Source of the DNA: Chiloscyllium plagiosum
Lineage: Eukaryota
Direction: 5' to 3'
Assembly (NCBI RefSeq): GCF_004010195.1
Contig: NW_025215381.1
Coordinates: forward strand, 82,037-146,036
Length of the DNA stretch: 64,000 nt
This document shows, piece by piece, positions 13,356 through 26,659 of this stretch. The notes beneath the pieces were generated by a model. That model saw only the letters and a list, made by a program, of their open reading frames with translations, was not told where the DNA came from and searched no databases. Numbering within the stretch: position 1 is the stretch's first letter; the number at the start of each line of letters is the position of its first letter. The translations under genes and the position numbers were made by a program.

Positions 13356-13547
13356 TCACCATTGTCCTGGAGGTCACTGTCACTTTAAAGAAGTGACCGG
13401 TGGTGAGATTCTCCTGGGTTAGAGAAGGCAGCATCTTCAGGGTGACCTCAGCTGGTATTGGTAACTCAGCCCCTGCTTTGAGCATCACGCTCCATCACAA
13501 AACAGCCATCTAGCTACTTGAGAATCGTGCAACAGGGATCACAAAGT

Positions 13548-13645
13548 AATTCCTGATGAAGGGCTTATGCTTGAAATGTTGACTTTCCTGCTTCTCGAAT
13601 GTTGCCTGATCGGCTGTGATTTTCCAGCACCACGTGTTTTAACTG
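13548..13645 (+). repeat. Penelope terminal-repeat-derived short interspersed repeat with degenerate hammerhead motif
   Basis: cctgatgaagggcttatgcttgaaatgttg...ttccagcac matches 59431-59520. Other copies lie at about 26208-26300 (-), 37890-38020 (-) and 41790-41920 (+). Confidence 0.75.
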
Positions 13646-15011
13646 AGAATCATGCAATCTCGGCAGGATAGATAGAGGCCATTTGGGCCATCGAATTCAC
13701 ATCAACCTTTCGAACAGCATTCCACCCAGACCCATCCCCTCCCCACTATCCCTGTAACCCTGCATTTCCCATGTCTAACCCACTGAACCTGGACAATATG
13801 GACAACATTGTTGAAAATTTTCAACATCTGAGGATCCTAACAGTGACACATGTTCTCTGTTAAAGCATTGAAATAATTCATGTTGGTATTTCAGGGTGTG
13901 TGTGCTGCCTTCTCACAGGAGGGTGAAAGGACGCAGTGGGAAATTTCTATTAAAGTTCTATTCCTTTGGCCAGTGGTTGCTGATTCCTCCTCCTGGCCGC
14001 CATAGAGAGACGCACTGCCTCGTCTCACGGCCCTGGCCCGAGTCACCTCTTGCCTCCTCCTGCATTCTCCTTGTCCCTCCTTCTCCATGATGGGTGGCCA
14101 TTTTTGGGGTGATGTCACCGCAGAGCTCTTTGCACCTTTGTGTCACTCAGGTCATTGAGAGACTGTCAGAAATGAACAGGGACAGGAGCAAATTGTCCCA
14201 GAAACAAAAATCTGCCGATTGTGCAGTGGGGCGGGGAGGCCAGCAGAGGATGGCATAGTATCACTTTAAACACATGAGGAACAGACAGAGTCAGAGACAT
14301 TGAATTAATTAATTAAAAAGCAATGAGTCAAACTTTACTCCAAGACAAGCTGTGCCCCATTGCAGGCAGGGTTGGCACACAAAAATCACAGACACATCAA
14401 CATGACCAACAGCATCGTATCACGTTAAACAAACAAAAAGGGACAGAAAGACACTTCAATTGATACAAACCCCAATGCTCATTGTCTCTATGTTTGTGCA
14501 TCTTTCTGTGAATGTATCTCTGCAAATATTAGTACAACGGTGATACATACTAACCCACACACGTATCCACAAGACACATAGTCAGACAGATTGAGACACA
14601 AACACAGAAACATGAATACACACACACATAGGGTCAGTGTGCAAGAACTGACACTCCCCTGAATTTAACCATCTGGAACACAGACTATGTCAAGCAGCTC
14701 ATCCCCAGCTTTTACAGATGAAATGTGGATGAGAAAGTGGAACAGCTGTGTGATGTCCCTCAGCCTATTGTCTCATGATCATTTGCTGAATTAATAGGCT
14801 TGTACAACTAATCCGTGTAATCACTGGATGTCCATCTGTGAATTAGATTGATGATGATGGAGAGCAGTTCTGCTGTCTATATTTAGGTAGAATACACTTA
14901 CAGTGCAGCTTGCTCAGCACCACAGCCACAAACATCCCCTGTCTCCATCACCGACACTCAGTAGCAGTGTGTACCACAGACAAGATGAATTGCAGAAATT
15001 CACCAAGGAGA

Positions 15012-15730
15012 CATGAGCAGTTGTTGGCGGATAGGATCAGGGTAAACTCTAAGGCTTTCTATAGGTATTTAAGGAATAAAAGAATGACGAGAGTAAGATT
15101 AGGGCCAATCAAGGACAGTAGTGGGAAGTTGTATGTGGAGTCAGAGGAGATGGGGAAGCACTAAATGAATATTTTTCAACAGTATTCACTCTAGAAAACG
15201 ACAATGTTGTTGAGGAGATTACTGAGATACAGGACACTAGACTAGGTGTGATTGAGGTTCACAAGGAGGAGGTATTAGAAATCCTGCAGTGTGTGAAAAT
15301 AGCTAAGTCCCTTGGGCCAAATGGGATTTATCCTAGGATCCTCTGGGAAGCCAGGGAGGAGATTGCTGAGCCTTTGGCATTGATCTTTAAATCATCATTG
15401 TCTACAGGAATAGTGCCAGAAGACTGGAGGAAAGCAAATGTGGTTCCCCTGTTCAAAAAAGGGGAGTAGAGACAATCCTGGTAATTATAGACCAGTGAGC
15501 CTTACTTCAGTTGTTGGTAAAGTGTTGGAAAAGGTTATAAGAGATAGGATTTATAATCATCTAGAAAAGAATAATTTGATTAGGGATAGTCAGCACGGTT
15601 TTGTGAAGGGTAGGTCGTGCCTTACAAACCTTATTGAGTTCTTTGAGAAGTGGCCACACAGGTCGATCAGAGTAAACTGGTTGATGCGGTGTATATGGAT
15701 TTCAGCAAGGCATTTGATAAGGCTCCCTAT
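15012..15730 (+). mobile_element. CR1 LINE internal ORF2 fragment (second subfamily)
   Basis: Encodes PGNYRPVSLTSVVGK and SQHGFVKGRSCLTNLIEFF. Confidence 0.9.
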
Positions 15731-15914
15731 ATTAGCCTATTCCAGTGCCAAACTCTCCATCTCGGAAGCTTTCCTCTCTACTGCTTCCCATTCCTTATAA
15801 GTGTTGATTATAGCACAGGAATATTTTGAACACGATAAATGATATACTGCTCCCATTGGGAACCTGAAATAATGACAGAAGCTGCTGGAAACACTGAACA
15901 GCTCCTGTTCGGCT

Positions 15915-17805
15915 GAAAGGAAAGGCTGGTAGGCATAGGAATGCTGGATGATTAAAGAGATTGAGGATTTGGTTAAGAAAAGGAAGGAAGCATATGTAAG
16001 GTATAGACAGGATAGATCGAGTGAATCCTTTGAAGAGTATAAAGGCAGTAGGAGTATACATAAGAGGGAAATCAGGAGTGCAGAAAATACATTAAGGACA
16101 AAATGATAACTAGTGAGAGAATAGGGCCCCTCAAAGATCAGCAAGGCAGCCTTTGTGTGGAGCCACAGAAAATGGGGGAGATACTAAACGAGTATTTTGC
16201 CTCAGTATTTACTGTGGAAAAGGATATGGAAGATATAGAAAGTAGCAAAATAAATGGTGACACCTTGCAAAATGTCCATATTATAGACGAGGAAGTGCTA
16301 GATGTACTGTGCTGGATGCCTTGAAATGCATAAAGGTGGATAAATCCCCAGGACCTGATCAGGTGTACCCTAGAACTCTTAAGCTACAGAAGTGATTGCT
16401 GGGCGTCTTGCCAAGATATTTGTATCATCAATAGTCACAGGTGAGGTGCCAGAAGACTGCTGGTTGGCTAACTGTTTAAGAAGGGTGGTAAGGACAAGCC
16501 AGGGAACTACAGACCAGTGAGACTGACGTCAGTGGTGGGCAAGTTGTTGGAGGGAATCTGGAGGGACAGGATGTACATGTATTTGGAAAGGCAAGGACTG
16601 ATTAGGGATAGTCAATATGGCTTTGTGTATGCGAAATCATGTCTCAAACTTGACTGAGTCTTTTGAAGGAACAAAGAGAATTGATGAGGGCAGAGCGTTA
16701 AATGTGATCTATATGGACTTCAGTAAGGCATTAGATAACATTCCCCATGGGACACTGATAAGCAAGATTAGATCTCACTGAATAAAGGGAGAACTAGCCA
16801 TTTGGATACAGAACTGACTCAAAGGTAGAAGACACAGGGTGGTGGTGGAGGGTTGTTTTTCAGACTGGAGGCCTGTGACCAGTGGAGTGCCACAAGGATC
16901 TGTGCTATGTCCTCTACTTTTTGTCATTTACATAAATGATTTGGATACGAGCATAAGAGGTGCAATTAGTAAGTTTGCAGATGACACCAAAATTAGAGGT
17001 GTAGTGGACAGTGAAGATTACAACAAGATTTTGACCAGATGGGCCAATGGGCTGAGAAGTGGCAGATGGAGTTGAATTCAGGTAAATGAGAGGTGCTGCA
17101 TTTTGGGAAAGCAAATCTTAGCAGGAATTATACACTTAATAGTTCCTTGAAAGTGGAGTCACTGGTAGATAAGGTAGTGAAGAAAGCGTTTGGTATGCTT
17201 TCTTTTATTGGTCAGAGTATTGAGTACAGGAGTTGGGAGGTCATGTTGCGACTGTACAGGACATTGGTTAGGCCACTGTTGGAATATTGTGTGCAATTCT
17301 GGTCACCTTCCTATCAGAAAGATGTTGTGAAACTTGAAAGGGTTCAGAAAAGATTTACAAGGATGTTGGAGGATTTGAGCTATAGGGAGAGGCTGAACAG
17401 GCTGGGGCTGTTTTCTCTGGAGCACCAGAGGCTAAGGGGTGACCTTTTAGAGGTTTACAAAATTATGAGGGGCATGGATAGGATAAATAGACCAAGTCTT
17501 TTCCCTGGGTTGGGGGAGTCCAGAACTAGAGGGCAGAGGTTTAGTGTGAGAGGGGAAAGATATAAAAGGGACCTAAGCAGCAACTTTTTCACACAGAGTG
17601 TGGTGCATGTGTGGAATGAGCTGACAGAGGAAATGGTGGAGGTTGGTAAAATTGCAACATTTAAAAGGTGTTTGGATGGGTATAGGAATAGAAAGGGTTT
17701 AGAGGGATATGCTGGCAGGTGGGAATAGATCAGGTTGGGATATCTGGTCAGTATGGACTGAAGGGTCTGTTTCCATACTGTACATCTGTATGACTCCATG
17801 ACTGA
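15915..17805 (+). mobile_element. CR1 (HER1-like) LINE, 5'-truncated, with internal deletions
   Basis: Highly similar to 1-2147; GVPQGS and FADDTK motifs; tail ctgtatgactccatgact. Confidence 0.93.
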
Positions 17806-18607
17806 GAGTTCTAACAGTGTCTGTAGAGATGGGGAAAGAGGATTAATGTGTCAGATCTACACAAGGTTGAAATAAATTCCAGCCTCAAAACAGTGGTCCT
17901 CAGTTTTACATTTTTAGATTAAATTAGTGCCATAAATATTTCAACCCTTTCAGACTAAATTTTATTTTGCAAAATTGTGCTCAATTTTGAATAAAATTAA
18001 CTGGACAAGCTCACAAATATCCAAACAATATTCTGTATTAGGTACACTGTTGTTTTATTTCTCAATGTGAATGTATTCCGAAATGAGTGCTTTGTGAAAG
18101 TCTGTTTGTTCACGTGAGCTGCTTCATTGACCCTGACAGACTGAGCATTTCTGCAGGGTGGCTGCAGTTCCCACTTGTGGCCAGTAGTGGTCACACCTGC
18201 GGAACAGTGTCTCCATCTCTCTGATCCGGGAACAATAGACAATCATTATTGTCCTTGTGTTGGAGAGTGTGAGGAAGGGAGAAATAATAATTATTCCCCT
18301 TGTGTTGGAGAATGTGAGGGAGGGGGAAATAATAAGGGAGGGGACCGGCTGCTAATACATTTCCAGGTGTGGGGAAAGGGATTGGAGATGGTAGAAATGA
18401 CCATACGGACAGTGACTGGATTATTCCAGGAGAGTCAGAAAGCCGTCCAATTTAAGTACACACCATCGGGTCTGAGTGAGAGAGGGGGAAAAATATAAAA
18501 TAAACTCGGTAATAGTCTCCGGCACCACTTACTGACAAATGACCCACTGAGGGGAGAGGGAATGGGGAAGGCCTCAAGAGGAATCTCGCTGCTCTCCCTC
18601 CACTACC

Positions 18608-18832
18608 GCCACCCCAAATAACCACCATCATTACCTTCAGGAACGGGACTGTGCCGACACAGTCCGCCCTCACCCCAATTACCATCATCATCATCATCAT
18701 TATTATTATTATTATTATTATTACCTTCAGGAACTGTGCCGACACAGTCCGCCCTCACCCCAATTACCATCATCATCATCATTATTATTATTATTATTAC
18801 CTTCAGGAACTGTGCCGACACAGTCCGCTCTC
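18608..18832. repeat. Three-copy compound tandem repeat with (CAT)n(TAT)n tracts and an actgtg-ccga-cacagt hairpin
   Basis: accttcaggaac..tgtgccgacacagtccgc recurs at about 18633, 18723 and 18799, separated by variable trinucleotide runs. Confidence 0.9.
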
Positions 18833-18834
18833 CC

Positions 18835-18930
18835 TTTTATCTTCAGGCCCCGCCCCCTCAGGCCCTGCACGCGGGAGATGGCGGTTAACGGTCCCCTCGT
18901 CCCCCAAGTGACTGTTAGCAGCTGCTTCAG
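18835..18930. promoter_or_regulatory. Candidate CpG-containing promoter (GC box plus YY1-like motif)
   Basis: ccccgccccc (Sp/KLF box) at about 18848 and agatggcgg at about 18876, with local CpG retention. Confidence 0.4.
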
Positions 18931-19234
18931 GGAAAAAAAACTCTTTCAAGAGAAATAACCCTTTCAGGGAAGAAAACAAGAAAAAACAGAAAAGGGGCCG
19001 TCTCTGGGTGTGGCCAAACAGAATAATATGGATCAGAATGAAAACTCACAGAGTGATGAAAGTGATGAAGGAATAGTGTGTCCGAGCATCAAGTCCCAAA
19101 GCGCACTGGTCCGGACTCGAAACGTTGTCGCTGCTTTAGCTGTCTCTGAGCAGATGCTGCCAGACCTGAAACACAGTTAAAGATACTCGGCGGGGGTGAG
19201 TCCTCGTTCAGGATTCTCTGAAGACTCGGTTGGC

Positions 19235-19528
19235 GGATTCAGTGTGGGAAAATGTGTGAGGTTATGCACTGGGATTAGAAGGAGAAAGGTGGAGACTGTT
19301 TTCTAAATGGAGAAAGGTTTTGGAAATCTGCAGCTCAAACGGACTTGTTTGACAGTGCTCAGGACTGTCTTCAGGTTAAAATGCAGCTTCAGTTGGCAGT
19401 AAGGAAGGAAAATGTAATGTTAGTGTTTGTTTGTGAAGATTAGAATACAAGAGCAGTGATGTACTGCTCAGGCTGTATAAGGCATTTGGAATATTGTGGG
19501 CATTTTTGGGTCCCATACCTAAGGAAAG
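19235..19528 (+). mobile_element. Old CR1 fragment
   Basis: Encodes LEYCGHFWVPYLRKD. Confidence 0.7.
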
Positions 19529-20690
19529 ATTTTTTTCTTATTTCAAAAATATGCTTTATTCATTACAATGTACAAACATACATAGGTACTGAAGCATTTC
19601 AGTTCTGTACAATAGCATATGAAGAAAACAAAATAAATATTGAAATTGGACTCCAGCCAGCAACAACCTAAGTTATCACTTCCTTGTGTAAAGACTATAT
19701 TGCTATATATTTGATGTATTTGATGGGTTTGATAACTGAACGATTCCCCCATTTAAATTTGCCACTTTGACCTCAGACAGTGGTCATTCTCCATTGTGCC
19801 TTAGCAACATTTGCCAAAAGCTTTAGCTGTGTCCCTCACAACGTAGTCCTGGAACTAAGAATGTGTCAATCTGCAAAACTCGGTCAACTGTTTGCTCTGG
19901 AAGACAACAAGGTTTCTGGCAGACCAAACAGCATCTTTCACTGAGTTGATGGACTTCAGACACTGTTGATGTTTGTCTCGATGTGCATCCCAGGGAACAG
20001 ACTGTAGATCACAGAGTCCTACATAACTGAGCTGCTTGGGACAAACCTCAACAAAACCCATTGCATCTTTCTCCCAACTTCCTTTGCAAAGGCACTACCC
20101 AGAAGGAGGTGTGTGACAGCCTCATCCTCTGCCCTGCGTTGAGGGCAGCTTGCGGTGGCGCAGGCAGACTGGGTGTACATGAAGAATCTGACAGGTCGTG
20201 CCCATCTCACCACAAGCCAAGCAACGGAAAGTTGTGGTAATGCGGCATTCTACCAAGTTACTTTGACAGTCTACTAAAGGAACAACCCAACAGGATCTAC
20301 CCTCTCCTTTTCTGGCAGGGTCTTGAGGACGCTTTATGTTGACCACTCCCTGATGGTTTTGTGTCAAAAGTATTTTTCTTTGCAAATTTCTCCATGAGGG
20401 ACAGATGATACGGAATGATCCAATTACTTGGAGCCCAACCTCATCCTTTGCAACGGTGGGTACAGGTTGAACCTTAGTAGGTAGTGACACTTGGTGTTTG
20501 CATATGAAGGGTCTACATACAGCTTGATGCAGTCACACACAAATGTGATCACTAGGATGACGGTGACATTGAGTATGTTCTTCACTCCCTTTACCAGTGT
20601 TTTGTAAATGGAGTCCCTGCAGACACACTCCATCTTAGACCTCCAGATGAAGTGAAAAATGTCTTGGGTCACTGAAACAGTGCAGTTTGC
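19529..20690 (-). mobile_element. Tx1/L1-clade LINE 3' fragment, decayed
   Basis: Minus frames give IFHFIWRSKME, EDEAVTHLLL..AFAKEV and VKDAVWSARNLVVFQ (post-RT zinc-knuckle region). AATAAA and an A-rich tail lie at 19530-19560 on the minus strand. Confidence 0.8.
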
Positions 20691-21171
20691 ATGGGGGAGG
20701 GGATGGGGATGTGGGGGGGTGTATGGACCAGACATGTACCATTTACAATAACAAGAGTGCCTCACACCTGCTGACCAGGTTTTTACTCTCAATGGACAAG
20801 GAGTGGTGCTCCAAAAAGACCAGTTTCTGCTTCACTTTCTTTCAAGAATTTGTGCACTGGCCCATTCAAACCATATTCCCAGCAATCTGTCCTAATAGTG
20901 AAGGGAATAAAGAATCGGTCATCCCAGTTCCCAAAGAATGTGGCCTCACTATTGCCTTGATTTACCTTGGCTCCCGAGGCCAGGTACAACAGGTCTCAGA
21001 TGCTCAGGAGTCTGCGTACTGACAAAGGATCGGAGCAAAAAACAATGATGTCCATGTACAGGGAAGCTTTGACCTTCAGGCCTCTGCTGCCTAGAATAGT
21101 CACCCACCTTGGGCTGGCATCCTTCCTGATGGACTCAGCAAAAGGCTTTACACAGCACACAAACAAGGAGT

Positions 21172-23312
21172 AAGATTACTTTTAAGGGTATGAGACAAGA
21201 ACTTTCAAAAGTTGATTGGAGTAAACTGTTCATAGGTAAAAGGAAGTCTGATCACTGGAAACCCTTCAAGAGTATGATAATGAGCATTCAGAGTCATTAT
21301 ATTCCTGTTAGAGTGAAAGATAAGGCTGGTAGATTTAGAGAACAAAGGAAAAAGAAGGAAGCGTATATCAGTTACAGACAGAATAGATCAAGCGAATCCT
21401 TAGAAGAGTAGAAAGGCAGTAGGAGTATACATAAGAGGGAAATCAGGAGGGCAAAAAGGTGTCAAGAGATAGCTTTGGAAAATGGAGTTAAGGAGAACCC
21501 AAAGGATTTTTAACAATACATTAAAGACAAAAGGGTAACTCAGGAGAGAATACGGCCCCTCCAAAGATCATAGGGCCTTTGTGTGGAACCGCAGGCGATG
21601 TGGAAATACAAAACGAGTATTTTGCATCAGTGTTTACTGTGGAAAAGGACATAGAAGATACAGAATGTAGGAAAATAGGTGGTGACATCTTGAAAAATGT
21701 TCATATTACAGAGGAGGAAGTGCTGGATGTCTTGAAATGCATAAAAGTGGATAAATCCCCAGGACCCGATCAGATGTACCCTAGAACTATGTGGGAAACT
21801 AGGGAAGTGATTGCTGGGCCTCTTGCTGAGATATTTGTATCATCGATAGGCACAGGTGAGGTGCTGGAAGACTGGAGGTTGGCTAAGATGTTGCTACTAT
21901 TTAACAAAGGTGGTAAGGACAAGCCAGGGAACTATAGACCAGTGAGGCTGATGTCAGTGATGGGCAAGTTGTTGGAGGGAATCCGGAGGGACAGGATTTG
22001 CATGTATTTGGAAAGGCAAGGACTGATTAGGGATAGTCAACATGGCTTTGTGTGTGGGAAATCATGTCTCACAAACTTGATTGAGTTTTTTGAAGAAGTA
22101 ATAAAGAGGATTGATGAGGTCAGTGCAGTAGACTTGATCTATATGGACTTCAGCAAGGTGTTCGACAAGGCTTCCCATGCGATACAGGTTAGCAAGGTTA
22201 GATCTCAAGGAATACAGGGAGAACTAGCCATTCGGATACAAAACTGACTCAAAGATAGATCACAGAGGGTGGTGGTGGAGGGTTGTTTTTCAGACTGGAA
22301 GCCTGTGACCAGTGGTGTGCCACAAGGATCGTGCTGGGTCCATTACTTTTCATCACTTATATAAATGATTTGAATGTGAGGTATAAGAGGTAGTTAGTAA
22401 GTTTGCAGATGACACCAAAATTAGAGGTGTAGTGGACAGCAAAGGAGGTAGCCTCAGATTAAAATGGGATATCGCTCAGATGGGCCAATGGGCTGAGGTG
22501 TGGCAGATGGAGTTTAATTCAAATAAATGCGAGGTGCTGCATTTTGGGAAAGCAAATCTTAGCTGGACTTATACACTTAATGGTAAGGTCCCAGGGAGTG
22601 TTGCAGAACAAAGAGACCTTGAAGTGCAGGTTCATAGCTCCTTGAAAGTAAAGTCGCATGTAGGTATGATAGTGAACAAGGTGTTTGGTAGCTTTCCTTT
22701 ATTGGTCAGAGTATTGAGTACAGGAGTAGAGAGGTCATGTTGCAGCTGAACAGGACATTGGTTAGGCCACTTTTGGATTATTGCATACAATTCTGGTCTC
22801 CTTCCTATCGGAAGAATGTTGTGAAACTTGACAGCTTTCAGAAAAGATTTACCAGGATGTTGCCAGGGTTGGAGAATTTGAATTATGGGGAGAGGGTGAA
22901 TAGGCTGGGGCTGTTTTCTCTGGAGCTTCGGAAGCTGAGGGGTGACCTTATAGAGGTTTCTAAAATTATGAGCAGCATGGATAGAATAAATAGACTCCCT
23001 GGGGTGGAGGAGTCCAGAACTAGAGGGTATAGATTTAGGGTGAGAGAGGAAAGATATAAATGAGACCTAAGAGGCAACATTTTCACGCAGAGGTTGGTGC
23101 CTGTGTTGAATGGGCTGCCAGAGAAAGTGGTAGAGGCTAGTACAATTACAACATTTAAAAGGCATCTGGATGGGTATATGAATAGGAAGGGTTTGGAGGG
23201 ATGTGGGCCGGGTGCTGTCAGGTAACGAGATTGGGTTGGGATATCTGGTCAGCATGGACGAGTTGGACTGAAGGGTCTGTTTCCATGCTGTGTATCTCTA
23301 TGCCTCTATGAG
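21172..23312 (+). mobile_element. CR1 (HER1-like) LINE, 5'-truncated, frameshifted
   Basis: ORFs 21579-22247, 22432-22749 and 22737-23063 are homologous to 1-2147; intact 3' tail. Confidence 0.95.
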
Positions 23313-25433
23313 CATATGAATCAAGATATTGTGCTTCTCATCAAGAATAAAAAAGAATCATATGTTAATTATAAGCAAGTGGATTCAATGAATCTCTTGA
23401 ACAGTAGAAGAAGTGTAGTGGCATTCTTAAGAGGTAGATCAAGAAGGCAAAGAGAAAATATAAGATAGCCTTGGCAAATAAGGCTATGGATAATCCTAAG
23501 AGATTCCTCAAGTTCACGAGGAGTAAGAATGCAATTACAGAGAGAGTAGGACCCCTTAACGATCAACTAGGTTGCCCTTGTGTTGAATCTGAGGAGATGG
23601 GAGAGGTATTAAAAAATATTCTGCGTCAGGTTTTGCGATGGATGAAGAGGTGGAGGCTCTGAGAACTCAGCAAAAAATAAATGTTGTTTGAAATCAGTTC
23701 ACATTACAGAAAATGTCCTGGAGATCATAGAAAATATAAAGATGGATAAATCTCTGAGACTTGATCTGGTGTTGCCCAGAACTTCGTGGGAATTTTGGAA
23801 GGAAATTGTGGGGCCCTTTGCACAAATATTTGTAATACCTATAAATACAGTAAGGTGCCATATGACTGAAGGGTGGCTAATATTGTGTCTTTGTTTCAGA
23901 AATGATGCAGAGAGATGCCTGTGTATTGTATACCTGTGAGTCTGACTTTGGCAGTGGATTATTTGAACTGAGTTGGAAAGATAGAATTTGTATACATTTG
24001 GAGAGGCAGGAATGATTAGGGATAGTCAACATGGTTTTGTGTGAGGGAAATTGCATCTCACAAACTTGACTGAATTTTTTTGAGAAAGTAGGAGAGAAGA
24101 TAGATGAGGGCATAGTGGTAGACATTGCTGACTTGGACTTTAGTGAAGCCTATGACAAAGTTCTGCATGGCAGACTAGTTACTAACATAGTCTACTAACT
24201 AGACCTCATGGGTGAGCTTGCCAATTGGATACAAAATTAGCTTAATGGCGATAGAGTGATAGTGGAGGGGTTTTATTTTGGACTTTGACCAGCAGTGTTC
24301 CACTGGGATTGGTAATGGTGACACTTTTGTTTGTCATCTCAGGCGACTGACTGTGTGGAGTTTGCACATTCTCCCCGTGTCTGCATGGGTTTCCTCCAGT
24401 GCTCCGATTTCCTCCCACAGTCCAAACAAAACGTGCAGGTTAGGTGAGTTGGCCATTCTAAATTGCCCGTAGTGTTAGGTGAAGGGCTAAATGTAGGGGA
24501 ATGGGTCTGGGTGGGTTGCACTTCGGTGGGTCGGTGTGGATTTGTTGGGCCGAAGGGCCTGTTTCCACACTGTAAGTAAGTAATCTAATCTAAGTAAGTA
24601 ATCTAATATTATGTAGATGAGAATATAGAAAACATGGTTAACAAGTTTACTGATGACATCAAGATTGCTGGTATTGTGGACAGTGAAGAAGGTTATCTAA
24701 GATTACATAGCAATCTTGATCAATTGGGCCAATGGTCTAAAGAGTGACAAATGGCATTTAATTTGGATAAATGTGAGGTATGGCATTTTGGCAAGACTTA
24801 CACAATTAAATGTAGGACCTTGTGTAATGTTTTAGAACAGAGAGACCTAGGGCTTCAGGTATATAATTCTTTGAAGTTTGCATCACATATTGACAGGGTT
24901 GTTAAGAAGGCATTTAGCATGCTTGCCTTCATTGCTGAGTCTTTTTGATGTTCAGATTTGGGATGTCATGTTGAGGTTGTACAGGACGTTGATGAGGCCT
25001 TTTCTGGAGTACTGTGTCTCCTTCTGGGCACCCTGTTATACGAAGGATATTATTAAGATGGAGAGGGTTCAGAAAAGATTTATCAGGATGTTGCTGACAA
25101 TGAAGAGTTTGAGTTATAAGGGAAGGCTGGATAAGCTTGGACCTTTCTCACTGGAGTGTAGGAGTTGACCTTACTGAGGCTGATTTAAATCATGGGGCAT
25201 TTAGGTAAAGTGATTGGCAGATGTTTTTTTCCTTGGTTGGGTGTTTCAAGACTCGGGGCCATATTTTTAAAGTGAGAGAAGGAAGATTTAAAGAAAAGAT
25301 ATGAGGGGCAACATTTTTTCACAGAGAGTGGTTCTGTGTGGAACAAACTTCCAAAGAAAGTGATGGATGTCGGTACAGTTGCAATGTTTAAGAGACATTT
25401 AGATAAGAATATGAATAAAAAATGTTTAGAGGG
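23313..25433 (+). mobile_element. Older CR1 LINE, interrupted by a SINE and an LTR; its 3' tail resumes at 26553-26660
   Basis: Degenerate RT sequence (aagtttactgatgacatcaag; LEYCVSFWAP). The tail gtttagaggg| continues as |gaggaatgtgtgccaa after 26552. Confidence 0.85.
24338..24608 (+). mobile_element. HE1-like V-SINE, 5'-truncated
   Basis: V-domain, CR1-like tail and (taagtaatctaatc) terminal repeats. Confidence 0.9.
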
Positions 25434-26552
25434 TGTTGTGAGCAGCACAAAATGGCCGATTGCTATCCATGGCTAATGCTGCAGAACATGGCTGACAGTT
25501 AGAGCACTTGCGAAAGTATTTGCTTAATGTAGTCTTCACAAGTAGAACAATGGTCGTTCTGTATAATCAAGGTTACAGAATGTGTAGTTGCAGTTGCTTA
25601 CATGGATAAGAATATTTCATACTAATTAATTGTTTCTCTTGAAATATTTAATCAATCTGTTACAATGTTAAGACTAGATTTTAGTTAACATTCTTCAGGT
25701 AATCAGAGACATGCGTTCTAAAGTAATTATAGATCTACATATATACATGACTCTATATACAAAAAAAACACCAAGAGCATTAGAAGAAAAGGTTCAAACC
25801 AGTTTCTGACAGTAAAAGCAGCTCCATATTATTACAGGGAGCAACGAATACAGCAATTAGCAGACATTGGAATGTGGATTGAATGACATTAAGATACAAA
25901 TCCTTTTTAGCAAAAGGATTCTAATTTTAGGTGGAATCACATAACTTTGTTGGAACTGATCAAAAATCAATATGTTTTGAAAATCCTGTAGTGAGGAATT
26001 TAAAGGTTCCTAGAGTGATAGGCAAGTATCCAATTAATTGGCAGTTAACACAGAACCAATACAGGACCCATTGTGAAAAGGCTCAAGACAAAAGATAAGA
26101 AAGTCGGAGAAAGCATCATGAAGGACCTAGGGTGGACCACAAGGCTGTCCATCCCTTTATTGTTCAGTGACCTGATTAACTTCATTAAAAATACACTGAA
26201 TTTTCTGTTTAAAAATGTGATGCTGGAAAAGCGCAGCAGGTCAGGCAGCATCAAAGGAGAAGGAGAATCGACATTTCGGGCATAAGCCCTTCTTCAGGAA
26301 TTTGCTGTTACAAGCTTGAACTGTGTAAGGATGCTGTACCAGAGAACCAATTCCAAAGGGATAACTCAGCGCTGCTGACCTTTAGAAATCAAGGGAGGGG
26401 GTGATTGTGCTCTGAGTTTAAAGGGTATAAATTAAGACATTCTGAAACTTTTTGTGTGCCTTACTGTACTGAGAATGAAGCTGTACTGAAAATAAAGGTC
26501 ACCTGAAACCTCCCCACGACTTGGACTGTCATAGGAGAATGTGAGATCCACA
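25434..26552 (+). mobile_element. Solo LTR (TGT...ACA, 5-bp TSD GAGGG/GAGGA) inserted in a CR1 3' tail
   Basis: Cleanly splits a CR1 tail. TATA-like gggtataaatt at about 26423 and AATAAA at about 26491 are in U3-R-U5 order. Confidence 0.8.
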
Positions 26553-26659
26553 GAGGAATGTGTGCCAATTACAGGCAAGTGGGACTAATTTAGTTTGGGA
26601 TTATGGTAAGCATGGACTGATTGGACTGAAAAGTTTGCTTCCATGCTTTATGACTCTAT

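Noticed and set aside
18452..18911. Poly-Ile/Met/Asn/Asp ORFs
   Set aside because: Translations of (CAT)n(TAT)n tracts.
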